Source of the DNA: Candidatus Saccharimonadota bacterium
GTDB lineage: Bacteria > Patescibacteriota > Gracilibacteria > Absconditabacterales > Absconditicoccaceae
Length of the DNA stretch: 32,000 nucleotides
Assembly: GCA_000503875.1 (NCBI GenBank)
Contig: CP006913.1
Span: forward strand, 1,080,001-1,112,000
Direction of reading: 5' to 3'
How positions within the stretch are numbered: the stretch's first letter is position 1; each line of letters begins with the position of its first letter. The position numbers were made by a program, and so were the translations under genes. Shown here in pieces: positions 29,705-32,000 of the stretch. The notes beneath the pieces are model-generated. The model saw only the letters and a program-made list of their open reading frames with translations, ran no database searches and was not told where the DNA came from.

Positions 29705-30078
29705 AATCCATTCATAGTCAACGTAAGCGTACCACTATAATTACCTGGAGCCTGATTAGCAGGGACATTTACTAATAATCAAACATTATCAGCGCTTACT
29801 TTACAAATTTTATTACTTCCTGAAGCTTTTGCAAAGAGTACATAAGGTGCATTATAAAATTGTGTAGCTGTTCCATTATCTCCTGTACAAGATGAATCAC
29901 CTTCAACGACAACAGGATCATGAGAGATTAAGAGATTGCTACCAGAGATAACATTTGATTTTTCATTAGTTAAATCAGTTGTTTGGATAGTTAATGTCCA
30001 TTCTGAAGTAATACCTCTATAATCTTGACAATACCAAGCAGAAGGAAAGGATTCCAGTAAAGGTATATGGAATACCAA
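29701..30078 (-). pseudogene. Detached C-terminal WxL-like module of the delta-60-repeat protein, +1 out of frame with the body
   Basis: ...FPSAWYCQDYRGITSEWTLTIQ...LLVNVPANQAPGNYSGTLTLTMNGF-TAA is paralogous to 21585-22000. Compared with the paralogue there is one extra base at 30051 (ggattcc versus ggttcc). Confidence 0.65.
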
Positions 30079-32000
30079 TTTTCACTTCTTGAGCATCCAT
30101 AGTAAGAGAGGTTCAGTAGACACATTCAGTAACTCATCACGTGATGGTGAGAGAAATATTTCCTTGAGTTCAATTTCAAGAAGTTCAATTTCAAGAAGTT
30201 CAATCTGTATATAGGATAGAATCAGAAGTAGTATAAATATCTCAGTTGGCAATAAATTGTGCAGAAATAGTTTTTTCACTGTATCACTCGGATAATACCC
30301 AAGATTTAGTAGTAGAAATAGGTTCCCAATCAGACCAAATAATACCGTTATTAGAAAATCTCATTCCTGTGGCAGTAGGAGCAGCTATAGTAAGATTTAC
30401 AGATTGAGAAAGCGTAGAAGCTTCATCGTTATTTATGACAAAAGATCAAGTAGATCAAGCGATAGCAAAATAGGTAAAATGATTTGTGGTAAAAGAAACA
30501 TAAGATTGTCCATCAATTTCAGAAACAATACCACCTTTTTCAAATATCCAATCTACACCATTTTGAGATGAGTAGATAGAGACAGGGTCTCAGATAGAAG
30601 AAGTAGGAGCAGGAATACCTAGAGTAGCAGCTCAGTTGGTTAGTGTAAGAGATTCAGAAGGACTACCGACAGATATAGCTGAAAGGATTGGTTTGTTGTC
30701 TACATTAGAAACTGAGTAAGTAGTAGGGGGATAAATAATTCAATTATAATTTGAACTATCAGATTTTTTGAATTGGAGATTTTGAGGCAATGAAAGCCTT
30801 AATGTATTTTCAGAAATAATATGTAAATTTGTGAGTATTTTTCAGCTAGTTTCTTTAAGAGATATTTTTGAATTTCCAAAAAAAACATCGCCAAAAGTTT
30901 CAACATTTTGATATTCATATCATTTGTTATTAAATTCATCTTTTATATTCAATAAATCACTCGAATTTGGGATATAAACAGGAATATTTCATATCAATGA
31001 TACTATATAATTTGCTGTTTCTTCGTTGTAGGAAGTAAAATATCATCAAACAAAAATTCCTCCATCATTTTCTATCACTATTTTATCGACCTCATTATCA
31101 AATCCATCTCAAATATCAAATGAGTTGTCTCTAGATCAATCAGCATTTAATCTGATAATATTGTTTGCAAGCTGTCCATTATAAGAAGTAAATCGTCCAC
31201 CAACCAAGATTTTTCTATCATCTTGAATTGCAGTTGTCATTATATAAGCAGATCAAATTCAATCATCGAACCCACTTCAAATACCAAATGAAGAATCTAT
31301 AGATCAATCAGTATTTAATCTAACAAGTCAGTTTGCAGGCTGTCAATTATAAGAAGAAAATTGCCCAGCAACCAAAATTTTCCCATCATTTTGGATAGTT
31401 GTTGCATATATGTAAGCGGATCAGTTTCAGTCATTAAAACCATCTCAAATATCAAATGAGTTGTCTCTAGATCAATCGATATTTAATCTAATAAATCAGT
31501 TTGCAGGCTGTCAATTATAAGAAGAAAATTGTCCACCAACAATAATTTTTCCATCATTTTGGATGGTTGTTGTATATATGTAAGCGGATCAGTTTCAGTC
31601 ATTAAAACCACTTCAAATATCAAAAGAAGCATCTCTAGTTCAATCAGCATTTAATCTAACAAGTCAGCTTACAAGATCTCCATTGTAAGAAGTAAATCAT
31701 CCTCCAACCAAGATTTTCCCATCATTTTGAATTGCTGTTGTATATGCGTAAGCAGATCAATTTCAATCATCAAACCCATCTCAAATATCAAATGAGCTGT
31801 CTTTAGTTCAATCAGTATTTAATCTAACAAGTCAGTTTGCAGGTTGTCCATTATAAGAATAAAATTGTCCACCAACCAAGATTTTTCCATCATTCTGGAC
31901 AGTCGTTGTATATACGTAAACAGATCAATTTCAATCATTAAAACCACTTCCTATATCAAAAACAGAATCTATAGACCCATTAGTGTTCAATCTAACAAGT
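30017..32000 (-). CDS. Delta-60-repeat (beta-propeller) surface protein; 5' end is off-window and the body frame ends prematurely at TAG 30017-30019
   Basis: 180-nt / 60-aa repeats: ...GGQFSSYNGQPAN-G-(F/L)(I/V)RLN.DGS.D.SF.IG.GF..G..SAY.Y...IQNDGKI(I/L)VGG... Then ...MRFSNNGIIWSDWEPISTTKSW...ILYTDGTSGNGTSGNGTQGNISLTITGGVTECVYGTSLTMDAQEVKIGIPYTFTG, colinear with the LRR protein. Confidence 0.7.

Noticed and set aside
30082-30279. Leu-rich 65-aa ORF (IELLEIELLEIEL)
   Set aside because: It is the delta-60 gene body (..TDGTSGNGTSGNGTQGN..) read in the frame of the detached C-terminal module. It is an artefact of the 1-nt insertion at 30051.
1-32000. UGA read as Trp (table 4, Mycoplasma-like) or as selenocysteine, instead of Gly
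   Set aside because: The TGAs fall on invariant glycines (GGQ, GGTGGH, GGSQG, prepilin G-1, RYGGGTFAH) and align with GGC in a paralogous repeat. The UCA tRNA has U73 and G1-C72/C2-G71/G3-C70 (Gly identity), not a Trp or Sec architecture. TGA is far too frequent for Sec, and I saw no SECIS-like context.

Overview
This is an AT-rich contig segment that looks like a CPR/Patescibacteria-type bacterium reading UGA as glycine (translation table 25, as in Gracilibacteria/Absconditabacteria). Two lines of evidence support this. A tRNA with anticodon UCA carries glycine identity elements (583-656). In-frame TGAs also fall on invariant glycines of ArfB (GGQ), MurG (GGTGGH, GGSQG), a prepilin cleavage site and a KilA-N protein (RYGGGTFAH). 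The supplied standard-code ORF track is therefore fragmented. I re-read it by eye with UGA=Gly and TAA/TAG as the only stops, which merges the fragments into about 28 protein genes plus 4 tRNAs.

Layout:
- 1-5.9 kb: tRNA cluster (Ala, Tyr, Gly-UCA), arfB, argS and a type IV pilin.
- 5.9-9.6 kb: a three-gene block of secreted Ig-like proteins. It has no UGA codons at all and one Bacteroidota-type T9SS C-terminal sorting domain, so it is probably foreign DNA.
- 9.8-15 kb: a UGA-rich Cys/Gly-rich secreted protein, tRNA-Gly(GCC), and an operon of pilT, two small genes and two VirB2/TrbC-like pilin genes.
- 15-21.5 kb: housekeeping genes (LCP, rnc, secF, RluA-family, murG) and a HigA-like HTH gene behind a repeat array.
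- 21.6-32 kb: cell-surface accessory region. It holds a 1023-aa LRR protein and a delta-60-repeat protein that share a WxL-like C-terminal module. Between them lie a KilA-N gene, a roughly 1000-aa lamin-tail-domain protein and a CsaB-like pyruvyl transferase.

The most unusual items:
- Partial duplicates of the 5' part of two tRNA genes, each fused to the same 38-nt module.
- The UGA-free T9SS island.
- Frame anomalies in three surface-protein genes.

All calls come from manual translation and motif recognition. No searches were run.
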